Source: Candidatus Aenigmatarchaeota archaeon | Lineage (GTDB): Archaea; Aenigmatarchaeota; Aenigmatarchaeia; Aenigmatarchaeales; JACQIB01 | Direction of reading: 5' to 3' | Length of the DNA stretch: 64,000 nucleotides | Assembly: GCA_016198755.1 (NCBI GenBank) | Contig: JACQIB010000004.1 | Span: 32,001-96,000 of the forward strand | Shown: one piece after another, positions 18,813 through 29,600 of the stretch | Position numbering within the stretch: position 1 is the stretch's first letter | How the letters are laid out: each line of letters starts with the position of its first letter | The notes under the pieces: generated by a model | The model's database searches: none | What the model saw: the letters and a program-made list of their open reading frames with translations, nothing else | Told to the model about the DNA's origin: nothing | Position numbers and translations under genes: made by a program

Positions 18813-21800
18813 TTACTTTGAATTCCCCTCATTGTACAAATCATTTCTAACCAGCTCTTCTACAGCTATAGCAGCAGGGAACAATACACCTTTTTTCATA
18901 AATTCTTCATATTTCTTCTCCACAGACAGTGCAGCGTCCAGAAAATCCTTATCTCCTGTAACTACCGCCTGCTCCCTCAGTTGTTTAACCAAAAACCTGT
19001 AAAAATCATAAGAATCCTTCCCAATATTATTTGCATACCTGTTATGTACAAAGTCTATGGCACCCAGGTTATTTTTAGCTGCAAAAATATCTGCAGTTAC
19101 CTCATCCAGTGCCCCAACATCATCTACAATTTTATTCATTATCCAGTTCCTTACTTTTTCGGATTTTATATTGAAATAATATATCCAGAAATTTTCGCTT
19201 TCAAGAGCAGCCTTATGCCCAATTTCATGCTTGGCAACAAACCTCGGTACACTTTCTCCAAGCCAATCCTTTACATCACTTTTTAACTCGCTTATAGGCT
19301 TAGTATAAAAGCTGATTTTTTCTGCACTGTTCCCAAACCACCATGTAGTTTGTATTCCACCGACATTCTTTTTATAATCGGACGCCATAGTCCTCCCATA
19401 AATTGTCGTATCCAAAAAGTGTCCCGAACTCTCAGAAAACTCATATTTTGTGCCTTTCTTTAAGTCAGGCAACTCTGCTTCAATTTCTCCAACATTCTTT
19501 ATCATTGCCAATTTTATCCCAGATCCAACAGTTTTTGCACTACTACCCGACAACTCTATAATACCTCCCCCAGTTTTCACAATAACTATCTTGTCTATAC
19601 CTTCCCATTCTGGCATATCCAACTTGTTTGCCAAATCAGATGCCATATTTTCTATGTCTTCCGAACTTATATGAGAGTCCTCTCCAACTTCTATTAAAAC
19701 TGTCTTTGTTTTTCCCTCATAGCGTTTTAGCTGCTGCGCCTTTACGCTTATTCTTTTATAGATGGCATCTGCAACATTTTCTTTGCCAGAATCCCTACCA
19801 ATTCTCGAGTGCTCCACAATCTCATCACCCACTTCAAAATCAGGCCCAGATTTATTTTTCTCGCTTAATATTATCTTTTCCGGGTCTGTTATTGGTTGCT
19901 TTTTATTCGCTATATATCTAGCAAACGCTTCCCTACCCTCTCCATTCTGATTTTTCTCTACAGTCAATATTTTTTTCATTACCTTTGCTGCACCTTCTGC
20001 CTCTTTCTCTGTTAATTTTCTTCCCACATTAACTTCAATTTCCTTTACCAGTCTTCCAACATCATCCCCATATTTTTCTATTATAGTGGCAATAGTTTTC
20101 TCGTTCTTTAGAGTATTAAAAAAAAGTTTTATGGCTTCCGGTAGGTTTTTTATACCTCCCAATGATTTCAAAATCTCCCCCCCAAAGAACAACTGTACAA
20201 TATCCCCGACAAATCTGCCCTTGTTTTCTGCAGATGAGCTGTAATACTCTGCCATACCCTTGCTTAATTCTTTCAATCCTTCCAAAACTTCAATTGGATG
20301 TCCTAATACCCATAGGCCAGCCTTTCCAACAGACACCAAAACACTTGCAATATCTCCTATAGGATCCTGCGAGTTTTTCAGCCAATTTGAAAGATATGCT
20401 GGAAAGTCTGAAATAACGAATTTTCCAGCCAAAACAAGGCTCTTAAAAGAATCGAAAAAGGATTTGAGGAATCCTCCGAGAAATTCAAGCCCATCTTTTA
20501 TGAGCTGTGTGGCTCTATCATAGTAAACCATATAAGTAGAATATTCCACAGGCTTTAACCTCTCCTCCTCTGATTGATTCAGAAAATCGTTCCATTCCAA
20601 AGCTATTGTTTCCATGCTTACGCCTTCCTCAATCATCCTTAGCACTTCATCTTTCGTTTCCCCATAAAGATCTTCCTTTGCCTTTTTAGAAAAATAGTTC
20701 CTGTTCCACTCATCCTGCAGCCTAAGCTCCTCCTTCCACTTCTTAGCTATATAGTCCTTTTTGCTCTCCCTTAGATTTTTATAATATGCTTTTGTTTCTG
20801 TGAAAAGTTTGCTGTCTTTCCCAATCCTGCTGCTTATGCCAGACTTTTTTGGCTGGGAATCCCACTCCACCATCTCCCCGTCTGGAGGCAATACAGCTTC
20901 CTCCTCTTGTTCAGGCGTCCATATTTTGGGAAGTTCTGGCGGGTTTCCAAAATCGATATGTCTGTTTTCTGCCCTCTTTGTTTGAACCGGCAGAATAAAA
21001 TCCACTAGTTTTCCTACCGGAGTTATTGTAACATTCTTTTCCGGACTTTTTACTTCAGGCAAGACTGTGCTTAAAACTTCTGTTACGCGTTCAATAGGGG
21101 ACTTGACAAGCTCAACAGCAGGTTTTATTGCGCGGAAAATAGGCGTTGCCATATCTTTAACAGTTTCAATAACTCCAGAAACCGCTTTTTTAACTGGTTT
21201 CAAAAGATCTGAAAAAAAGCCCTTAAAATCATCTATAACAGGCTTTACAGTTTCAATTGCTTTAGACACAAAATCATTAGCAGTATGCAAAATGCCAGTG
21301 AAAACATCCTTAACGCTGTTAACTATATTTGGGATAATGGGAATTGTTTTTTGTATATCGTTTACAACAGCTTCAAAATTGCTGACGATATTTGAAACAG
21401 GGATGCGCACAGGATCTTCTGTAATCACTGCACGTTTTCTTATATAGTTGTCCCAGGCAGCGCTTGCTTTCAACCTTTCAGCCGTTTCAGTATCAAATCT
21501 CCTTGACCAATACCCATCTTTCTCCTGCTCTATGAAAGACAGAACTGTTTTTGCCTTGTTTTTTAGATATGCTCCGTAGGCTGTGAATCCTGATTTTATG
21601 TTTTTTATCCTCCCTTTCCCTGCAAAAATTCCTATAGCATAAGCTCCGGCTGCCACAGCAGCTGCCCCCGCAGCCAGTGGAAATACAGCTATATCATTGT
21701 TTCCATTTGTCCCTTCATTATTAGACCCGCTGTCCTGTACAAATGGGGACACAACAGCAGCAGCCTCAGGCTCCTCTATATCAAACTCCATCTTCCATAC

Positions 21801-23633
21801 AGTTTTCTTCGGCAGCTCAGAAACCTTTACTGTTTTAAAATCCCTCTTTTCCAGCCAGCAGTAATCATTATGGTTTAAATTTCTCGATCCAGGGCTTGGA
21901 TATGTTTCCTCATTGTCAGAATACCCATAGTTGCAGAATGAGCTCGCATAATCCATGTTAACGCTGCCACAATTATCAGAGCCTGTTATAGTATTCCCAT
22001 TCCTATCGAAAATAATCTGTTTTGTCGTTATATTCCCTACAGGTTCCTGATTTGCACACAAAGTTTCTATATGTTCCCTATAATATCCAGGTCCCTGATT
22101 AAACAGATATCTCAACTGTTTAACAAAATCTGTTTTCCAATAATCAAGAGTATCATCCAAACCATACTTTTCCTTTGGATTTTTATAGGACATTATAGCC
22201 GGTATTTCTATCTGCTTCAGTTCCAGTTTGTAGTGGCCGCCAGAGGAAGTGTCAACTGAAAAATACTGCTGCGGGATGTTTATGATAGAATAATAATGGT
22301 ATCTGGTGTTTGGAGTATAATAGGGATCATAAACGTTCTCATATCTGGTAACTGTTCCAGAATTCCAGTTAAAGGTTTTCAATGTCTCTTCTGTTCCATT
22401 AGGATATGTTATTGTATAGTAGAAAAGGTGCTGGTTTTTGCTATAATAATTCTTGCCTGCAATCTGGTTTTCCGTTATCTCAGAAAACGAATAGGGATAG
22501 GAATTGAAACTGCTGTATTGGTACTTTCCTGGGCTGTACCAGTCTCTCAGGAGTGCTGAAAATGAAGGTGTTGTTATAGGCTCCTCTTCCCCCCCAACAG
22601 AAACAGCCGGTTCAATAACAGAGTACTTCCTTAACCTTATCGTATCTATAAACCCTCCAATACCCTTATCAGCAAGGCAGTCTGAATCCCCCCAAGTTTC
22701 TATTCTCTGTGTTGGATGATCATCATCCACCCGTTTATTTCCCACTTTCCTGATTCCATCTATAGAAATATCAGCATAAGTCCCATCTGTCTTATAGCTG
22801 ATCTGATACCATTTGTTTGGCTCATAATAGCCGCCATCATACCAGTTATCTTTCCAATATCCCTCGTACAAATGACTGGAATAACCCCAATGGCTCACTG
22901 GAATTTCATTTGCTCCACACCTTCCAAACTGCAAAATCGCAGGGCGCGAGCCAGTTCCAATGTTAAGAGCGCCTGCTGTTTGATTTGGGTACAATTCCAG
23001 ATCCAAAACAAACTTTTTCAGCTGTTCTGGCAGAATAGTGTATGAAGGTTCTGCATTATCCGCGGTTCCCTGTACAAGCATACTGTTCTCTCCGCGGAAA
23101 GCTTCCAAATCTGAAACGCTCACATCTGCAAATGCCGAATCCACCCACCCCTGTGGTTGCCTATCTTTGAAATCTGCAGATTCCTTATCAAAATCCTGGT
23201 AAAAATCAAAAGTTTCCTTCCCACTGCTCCCATATTCAGGAATCTCAGCTCCATAGTAGGCATATATATTTTTTTCTCCCCCCGCGGGGATATTATCAAC
23301 TTTAACCCAGAAAACAGTCTCTTTTGTCCCGCAGGTTAAATAGTCTACCCAGAAAGGATAGGGTTTTGTCCAGCTGGAGTTGTCAAAGCTTTTAGAATCC
23401 GTAAACCTTACATCAGCACATGAAGGTGAAATTTTGTCCTCAGCCAAAAGCCTTTCCGTATCCAGTGTAATTTTTACCTGAAAATCCGCAAGCTCCTGTC
23501 CGCTATTCTTTATTGTTATTGGAACTCTATAATCAAACCCTGCAGCAAAAGCTGGAAGGGAAATAAAAATAGAGAAAATAATAAAACAGACCAAAAACTG
23601 CAATTGACGTATTTTTGTTACCAATGTCCCCAC
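18813..23633 (-). CDS. Giant membrane-anchored mosaic protein: DUF2341 + lectin-like + shared domain, TM, pre-toxin region, PD-(D/E)xK-like nuclease, HExxH peptidase
   Basis: Signal peptide; YRVPITI...DFQVKI...DVRFTD...FWVKV...IYAYYG (DUF2341); SPFVQDSG + TM; GPDFEVGDEIVEH...KAQQ; KHEIGH...EVTAD. Confidence 0.8.
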   Translation of the reverse strand: MGTLVTKIRQLQFLVCFIIFSIFISLPAFAAGFDYRVPITIKNSGQELADFQVKITLDTERLLAEDKISPSCADVRFTDSKSFDNSSWTKPYPFWVDYLTCGTKETVFWVKVDNIPAGGEKNIYAYYGAEIPEYGSSGKETFDFYQDFDKESADFKDRQPQGWVDSAFADVSVSDLEAFRGENSMLVQGTADNAEPSYTILPEQLKKFVLDLELYPNQTAGALNIGTGSRPAILQFGRCGANEIPVSHWGYSSHLYEGYWKDNWYDGGYYEPNKWYQISYKTDGTYADISIDGIRKVGNKRVDDDHPTQRIETWGDSDCLADKGIGGFIDTIRLRKYSVIEPAVSVGGEEEPITTPSFSALLRDWYSPGKYQYSSFNSYPYSFSEITENQIAGKNYYSKNQHLFYYTITYPNGTEETLKTFNWNSGTVTRYENVYDPYYTPNTRYHYYSIINIPQQYFSVDTSSGGHYKLELKQIEIPAIMSYKNPKEKYGLDDTLDYWKTDFVKQLRYLFNQGPGYYREHIETLCANQEPVGNITTKQIIFDRNGNTITGSDNCGSVNMDYASSFCNYGYSDNEETYPSPGSRNLNHNDYCWLEKRDFKTVKVSELPKKTVWKMEFDIEEPEAAAVVSPFVQDSGSNNEGTNGNNDIAVFPLAAGAAAVAAGAYAIGIFAGKGRIKNIKSGFTAYGAYLKNKAKTVLSFIEQEKDGYWSRRFDTETAERLKASAAWDNYIRKRAVITEDPVRIPVSNIVSNFEAVVNDIQKTIPIIPNIVNSVKDVFTGILHTANDFVSKAIETVKPVIDDFKGFFSDLLKPVKKAVSGVIETVKDMATPIFRAIKPAVELVKSPIERVTEVLSTVLPEVKSPEKNVTITPVGKLVDFILPVQTKRAENRHIDFGNPPELPKIWTPEQEEEAVLPPDGEMVEWDSQPKKSGISSRIGKDSKLFTETKAYYKNLRESKKDYIAKKWKEELRLQDEWNRNYFSKKAKEDLYGETKDEVLRMIEEGVSMETIALEWNDFLNQSEEERLKPVEYSTYMVYYDRATQLIKDGLEFLGGFLKSFFDSFKSLVLAGKFVISDFPAYLSNWLKNSQDPIGDIASVLVSVGKAGLWVLGHPIEVLEGLKELSKGMAEYYSSSAENKGRFVGDIVQLFFGGEILKSLGGIKNLPEAIKLFFNTLKNEKTIATIIEKYGDDVGRLVKEIEVNVGRKLTEKEAEGAAKVMKKILTVEKNQNGEGREAFARYIANKKQPITDPEKIILSEKNKSGPDFEVGDEIVEHSRIGRDSGKENVADAIYKRISVKAQQLKRYEGKTKTVLIEVGEDSHISSEDIENMASDLANKLDMPEWEGIDKIVIVKTGGGIIELSGSSAKTVGSGIKLAMIKNVGEIEAELPDLKKGTKYEFSESSGHFLDTTIYGRTMASDYKKNVGGIQTTWWFGNSAEKISFYTKPISELKSDVKDWLGESVPRFVAKHEIGHKAALESENFWIYYFNIKSEKVRNWIMNKIVDDVGALDEVTADIFAAKNNLGAIDFVHNRYANNIGKDSYDFYRFLVKQLREQAVVTGDKDFLDAALSVEKKYEEFMKKGVLFPAAIAVEELVRNDLYNEGNSK

Positions 23634-23686
23634 GCACTATTAGTTATCTAAGCATAAAAATAGCTGCTTTTTATCATACGACACTC

Positions 23687-26600
23687 TTAGCGCGGCAATA
23701 TATCCATTAACTGATCCTGCACTTCCCCAGCTTCAGCTTCACTCCCAACTTTCCCTTTGTCTATTGTATTGGTTAGCCAATTGTCCATAATATCCTTTGC
23801 TTCATTGTAGTCGGCTTCGCTGACTTTACCTTTATTTATTAAAGCTTTTATCGGTATGTGCGCTTGGTTAGCAAGCCTGCTATCCCCAGTTCTTTTAGCC
23901 AAAAGCTCCGCAGAAATAATACTTTCAATCTGAGTGGCAGAAAACTGCCTGTCAATATTTTCATTCAAAGCATCCGTTATATCAGCTACCCTGTAATTTA
24001 CCATATCCTTGAATACCTTATCCCCAGCCTTTACTCTAACTAACGCATCAGCTTCCAGTTCATTGAACCAGGTTTTGCTTCCGTGTTCGAATTTCTCCAT
24101 ATAGAAACCTAGATTTCCTTCAAATCTATTCTTTGCAATAAACACATGTCCCATTTCGTGTGCGAAAACAAAGTCTATTACCCTAGGCACTATTGGCGTT
24201 GAGCTTCCAATCCTTATTGTATCAAAGTTTGCCTGTGCAAATGTTCCCTTCTCAACATCCCCCACAACAATTTTATTTGGACTAAACCCAAAGTTTTTCT
24301 CCTGCTTTCTAACAGCTTCCTGCAGCACTTCAAAATCCTCTTTATTGAGTGAGGATAGAGGTTTGTCCCTGCGTATAACACCTACCGCAGCTTCTCCAAA
24401 TGCAAAAACAGACCTGTCTAAAATAGCATTCACTGCGTTGTCCATATCCTCTATAATACCCCCATACCTCCTCTTTCCCTCCTCATTCGCCAGAACCATT
24501 TTCGCAAGTTCGTGATGTGTGGTAAACAACCCCCCAAGGTTCAATGTCATTTTTGCAAAATCAGTTTCCAGTTTTGTGAAAGTTGAAAGGGTATTGGAAG
24601 TCTTTAAGTCAACACCAAGCTCCATGAGATTGTTTCCTTTGACAACAACAATTTTGTCTATGTTTTCCCAACCAAAAGAATCTGCAGTTTTTAAGTCTTC
24701 TAACATATCTTTAGCATCATCCAAATCAAATTTAGATTTTTCTTCTATTTCTATAAGAACAGTCCTTGTTTTGTCCTTTACATATTTTAACTGTTCTGAC
24801 TTGTTTCTTAATCTCCAAGTAATATCTCTGTATTCTGCAGGTGTTCCTATTTTTGTATGTTCTATAACTTCCCCAGGAATTCCATAATCCAATAGTTTTG
24901 GACCGGCTTTAGGTTCTATAACTAAGTCCATGGTGTTGGTTATTGGGACGTCTTTAGTTGCCAGATATTTTGAAACAGCTTCCCTACCTTCCATGAGTTT
25001 TCCTGTAGAATCTCTTGATTCTAACAGTTTTTTACTAACCTTTGTAATGTCTTCAATTTCCTCTTTTCCAAATTTCCTCCCAGATATTTTAACAGTCTGT
25101 TCAACAACTCTTGCAACTTCTACTCCATAGCTCTTGGTTATTTGTTTTAAAATACTTTTAGTCAATCCTGACCCTTTCAGCAACTCTTTGGCCCCCTTAC
25201 TCCCAACACCGCCACCAATAAGACCTAATGGTGCGAACATAGCTCTAGTGGTATCGTCCTCATCAGCTCTTCCAACACTCTCCTTTGCTCCATAAACAGC
25301 CAAATCAGCAGCAGAACTCACAGCTCCCAGCCCAATACCAGCAGCTAGTATTGGAATTCCTATACCACCAACAGGAGTCAACACAACCCCTGCTGCTATC
25401 AACCCAATACCAATCAATCCCATCGCATCTGCAGATTTCTTTATTTCCTCGCTCTTATCTACAACAAAGTCTCTAGCACTGTTCACAGCATTTATAATAG
25501 GCTGCCCAATCAAAGGAATCTTTCCTACAGTATCCAGCACTCCACCAACAAGCTTCTTTGCATTCCCCAGAACATTCCCAAAGAAGCCCATAACATTATC
25601 CAAAATTCCCTTTGGCTCAGCCTTTGCTGGAGCCGAAACTAAAGGTGCAGCAGGTTTTCCTAGCTCAGGAGTATAAACAACAGCAGGCCTTGCTTCAAGT
25701 TGACTCTGTATTTGCATTCCTAAGCCAGCTAACTGCGCAGACAGCTCTTTGTTATCAGAATTCTCAGACAAATACTGCATTCTTTCCACAAACCAGCCAG
25801 GATCCCCCTTTCCAGACTTTAACATGTCTATTGCTTCCTGCGCTTGGTTAGCAGCCCAGATAGTTTGTTTATTTTCCTCAAGCCACTGGGCTTTCTGTTT
25901 CTCAGCCTGTGCTGCATTGAATTGTGCCCACATTGCAGCTTCAGCTCTCATCCTAGCCTCCCAAAGCTTTACCCAGTATCCATTTTTCTCTTCCTGTATA
26001 AAGTCTAAAATTTCCTTTGATCTTTTCAAAAGATTATTCCCATAATCTGTAAACCCTTCCTTTATTCCAGTTATAACTTTTCCAGTACGTGGGCTCCTGC
26101 TTAGCAAAACAATTCCGCCTGCTCCCGCAGCAAGCACAGCTCCGGCAGCTAATGGGATTGCTGCGCCTCCTGCTGCCCCAGCATTTTCATTCCCTGTCCC
26201 GCCCCCTCCAGAATCCTGAATGAACGGGTTTGAAATAAAGTTTTCAGCTACTCCAGTATCCCCGTTATCATAGCTTACAAATATTGGCTGTGAGAATGTA
26301 TCATTCCTCTCATCTGCCCGTGCAACAAATTCTAAAGTATAATCTCCCTCTTCTTGTGGTGAGAACAGGAAAGGATAAGTTGTACTACTCAATTTGGGAA
26401 TATTTAAACTCTCTATATCAGTTTCTGCTTTGTATATTCTAACTTCGTCTATAGCACCCTTGAAGTATTCGTTGTTATTCCAAAAGCCAGCTCCAATAGC
26501 CTGCTGCCTGTTTGTTTTAACCTTCCCTGTCATTGGCCTTTCAAAGTCCAGCTTCCCATCAACATACCCGCGTGCATATACACCATCATAAACATACTCC

Positions 26601-29600
26601 ATCTTGTGCCATTCCCCATTGGAAACAATATTTTGCCCTCCCCCATTATAGAACTGGCCATTTTCTGTTGTTAGGTGGTAGCGCAGAGTGTTTCCGCCAG
26701 CTGTAGCAGCAACCCCAACATCAGTCCAATCCGGCCCGCTTCCATATATCCATCTCCATGTACCGAAATCATCCACCTTGAACCATGCTTCTATTTTGAA
26801 CCCACTCAAGCCATTCAGAATGTTTGGCACTTCAATTCTCTGTTTGCCATCAAAACTGGCAGCCTGCCCTGAAAATCCTCCTGTAAACACAGCCGTATTA
26901 TTAACAATTATTCTAAAATCAGAGATTGTTCCTATGTAGTATTCGTTCTTGTTCCATGTACCAGCCCCGATAGCCTGCTGGCGGGAAGTCTTTACCTTCC
27001 CGGTTATCTGCCTTGAAAAGTCTAATTTCCCGTCTATATACCCTGCTACAACATTTCCATCATACACATATCTCAGATGGTATACTTTTCCTGGAACAAG
27101 TTGGGTTATCCCATTCCCATCATAGAATGCGCTGTTTTCTGTTGTCATGTGGTAGCGCAAAATGTCCCCGCCAGCCGTAATAGCAACCCCAACATCAGTC
27201 AAATCCGGCCCATTCCCATATATCCACTGCCAGTTTGCCTGTTTATTGTATGTAAAATATGTATTTATCTCGAAATTCCCAAGTCCGTTTATGACATTTG
27301 GAACATCCATTTTCTCAGAGCCACCAAAAGCAATATTACCCATGGCAGAATACAAAACTGTCCCAATAAGATTGCCATTTCTCTCCCCAATGCTGTCTAT
27401 AAAGTTCCCATCAAAGCTCCAGTTTGCTAATAGTGTGTATTTCGGGGGCGTGCGGTTTTTGGAGAGCATATTTGAAATATACGCATTCATGTCCATCGGG
27501 CCCTGCGGTCGCATCCCAACAAGGTAAGTATTGTCTCCATAAGCAGGCTGCAAAAGCTCGGGGTTAGAAAAATCGCTTTTCAGAACCAAATCCCCTTTAT
27601 CTACAGTCAACTCAGAAAGCAGGAAAGAAACCCTCAACTCCCCAAGAGCACGCACTTCAGCACTCCCAGGCTCCGGAGGCTGGCTCAATGCCTGCTCCAT
27701 TACTTTATTTCCATCCAGAAGCCAGACAACCTTGTCTTTGTAAACATCCAGTTCAAATGTGTGTTCTGTTCCTGACAAGTCCCCTAAAAATACTGATGGA
27801 GGCCACTGCTGCCCAACAGGTATTACATCAGAGACAGCATAGAGTCTCCTGTACCATCCATCCCAGAAAAATCCCAGAAAGTTGTTCATAGGGAAATTTT
27901 CTTTGGTTCTGTACATCATTTGTATATTGTTATAGTTCAGCTCACTATACCCAGCTTCTATAGTTCCTTTCCATTTGATTTTTACAGGATAACCAAATTT
28001 ATCCTGTGTTTTGAAAGTTGCAGAGCTACTATACCAGCCGCATCCATTAGGATCACCACCACACCCATGTCTATCATATCGTGATTCTGGTGAAGGTTGT
28101 GCCGGGAAATTTGTGCCTCCGGAAAGCTTTAGTTTTCCATTCTGCAAAATATAGGGTTTCCCCCACTCGGGCTCTGAAATTATAGAGAATGTATAGCTTG
28201 AATATTTATCCACTGCAGCTTGGTTGCTTGCAGTAAAGTTCAGGAATTTATCTCCCCCATTAATATTTCCTGTAATCTGTCCGTCTCCCAAATCTATTTG
28301 GAACTCTTTTAGCTGGAATTCCACTGAACCCCCATAAGCTATTATTCCAATTCTCGAAGCTGGCAGCGGGTTTGATAGCGCTACTTCGTTAATCTTGTTC
28401 CCATCCAAAAACCAGACAAGCTTATCCTTCAAAACCTGCAGTTCATATGTGTGTTCTTTGTTGACTTCTGGCTGGCCCAAATTAACATTACCCACGTAGT
28501 TTGTATTCATAGCACCGCTATCAAAGGTACCAAGATAAAAACCAATAAAATTCCCATTATTATGTCCCATTGAAAAATCTTCTTGATCCCCATAGACCAT
28601 ATTCACCATACCAGCCTGGTAAAAAGCATATTTTCCCTTCCACTTTATTTTTAGCGGATATGAAAATTTATCAGTTGTAATTATTTTCCTGTATCCTATA
28701 CCATCGTTTGTTATTTTCATAAATGATGTATCCCCCTTTACTTCAGCTCCGAGCTTCAAATAAGAATATTTTTCTTTTGTTTCTTCCGCGGTCTGCGTTT
28801 TCCAAACATTCATTATCAGGCCCGCGGGCTCAGAAGTGTTAATAAAAAAGAAAGCATCCTCAGCAGGCCTGAAAGCAGGATTTGTTTTGCACTCTATATC
28901 CCCGCAAGCTTTAACAGCAGTTATTGTTAAGGGCTGTTTAACATCAAACTCGTGAGTCCAAATAACCCCAACCTGCAAATCCTTTACTTTAATCTTTTCA
29001 AAATTATTTCTTTCAATCCAGCATTTGTCTGTTCTGGCGTGGTTTACATAGCTTCCATACCTGTCATTTTCCGTATATTCATAATAATTATATTTACATA
29101 CATAGCCTGAAGCAGGATTCATGTTATAGTTCCCGCAGCTTGTTGTAGGGTAATTTATTGGGCCATATCTGTTTACTGTCACAGCTGTTTTCAGAGTAAT
29201 GTTACCAACAGGTCCCTCTGCTGCACAATTTTCATCCCTATACTCTCTCCACCAATCCCCATTGTTCCATGAAGAGGAATAGTACATCGTGTTTATGGTT
29301 TCTGCCCGCCATTTATCCAGCTTATCCTCAAGATTATAATTTTCCATTGGGTTCTTAGACAACATTATTTTCGGTATTTCAACCCTTCTCAATTCCACTT
29401 TATAATGTCCATAATCCGATATATCGGCAGTAAGATTCATAGCTGTGATATCTATTTTTGAAGTATAGTGGTACCTGTATTCCGGTATCCACTCAGGAGT
29501 CATTTTCACATAATCAGAACTCGTTGCATCTGCAGTGTTTATTCTCTGCTCATAGAGAACCTTTTCAGTACCGTTAGGATAAACCAGAACATAATAGAAA

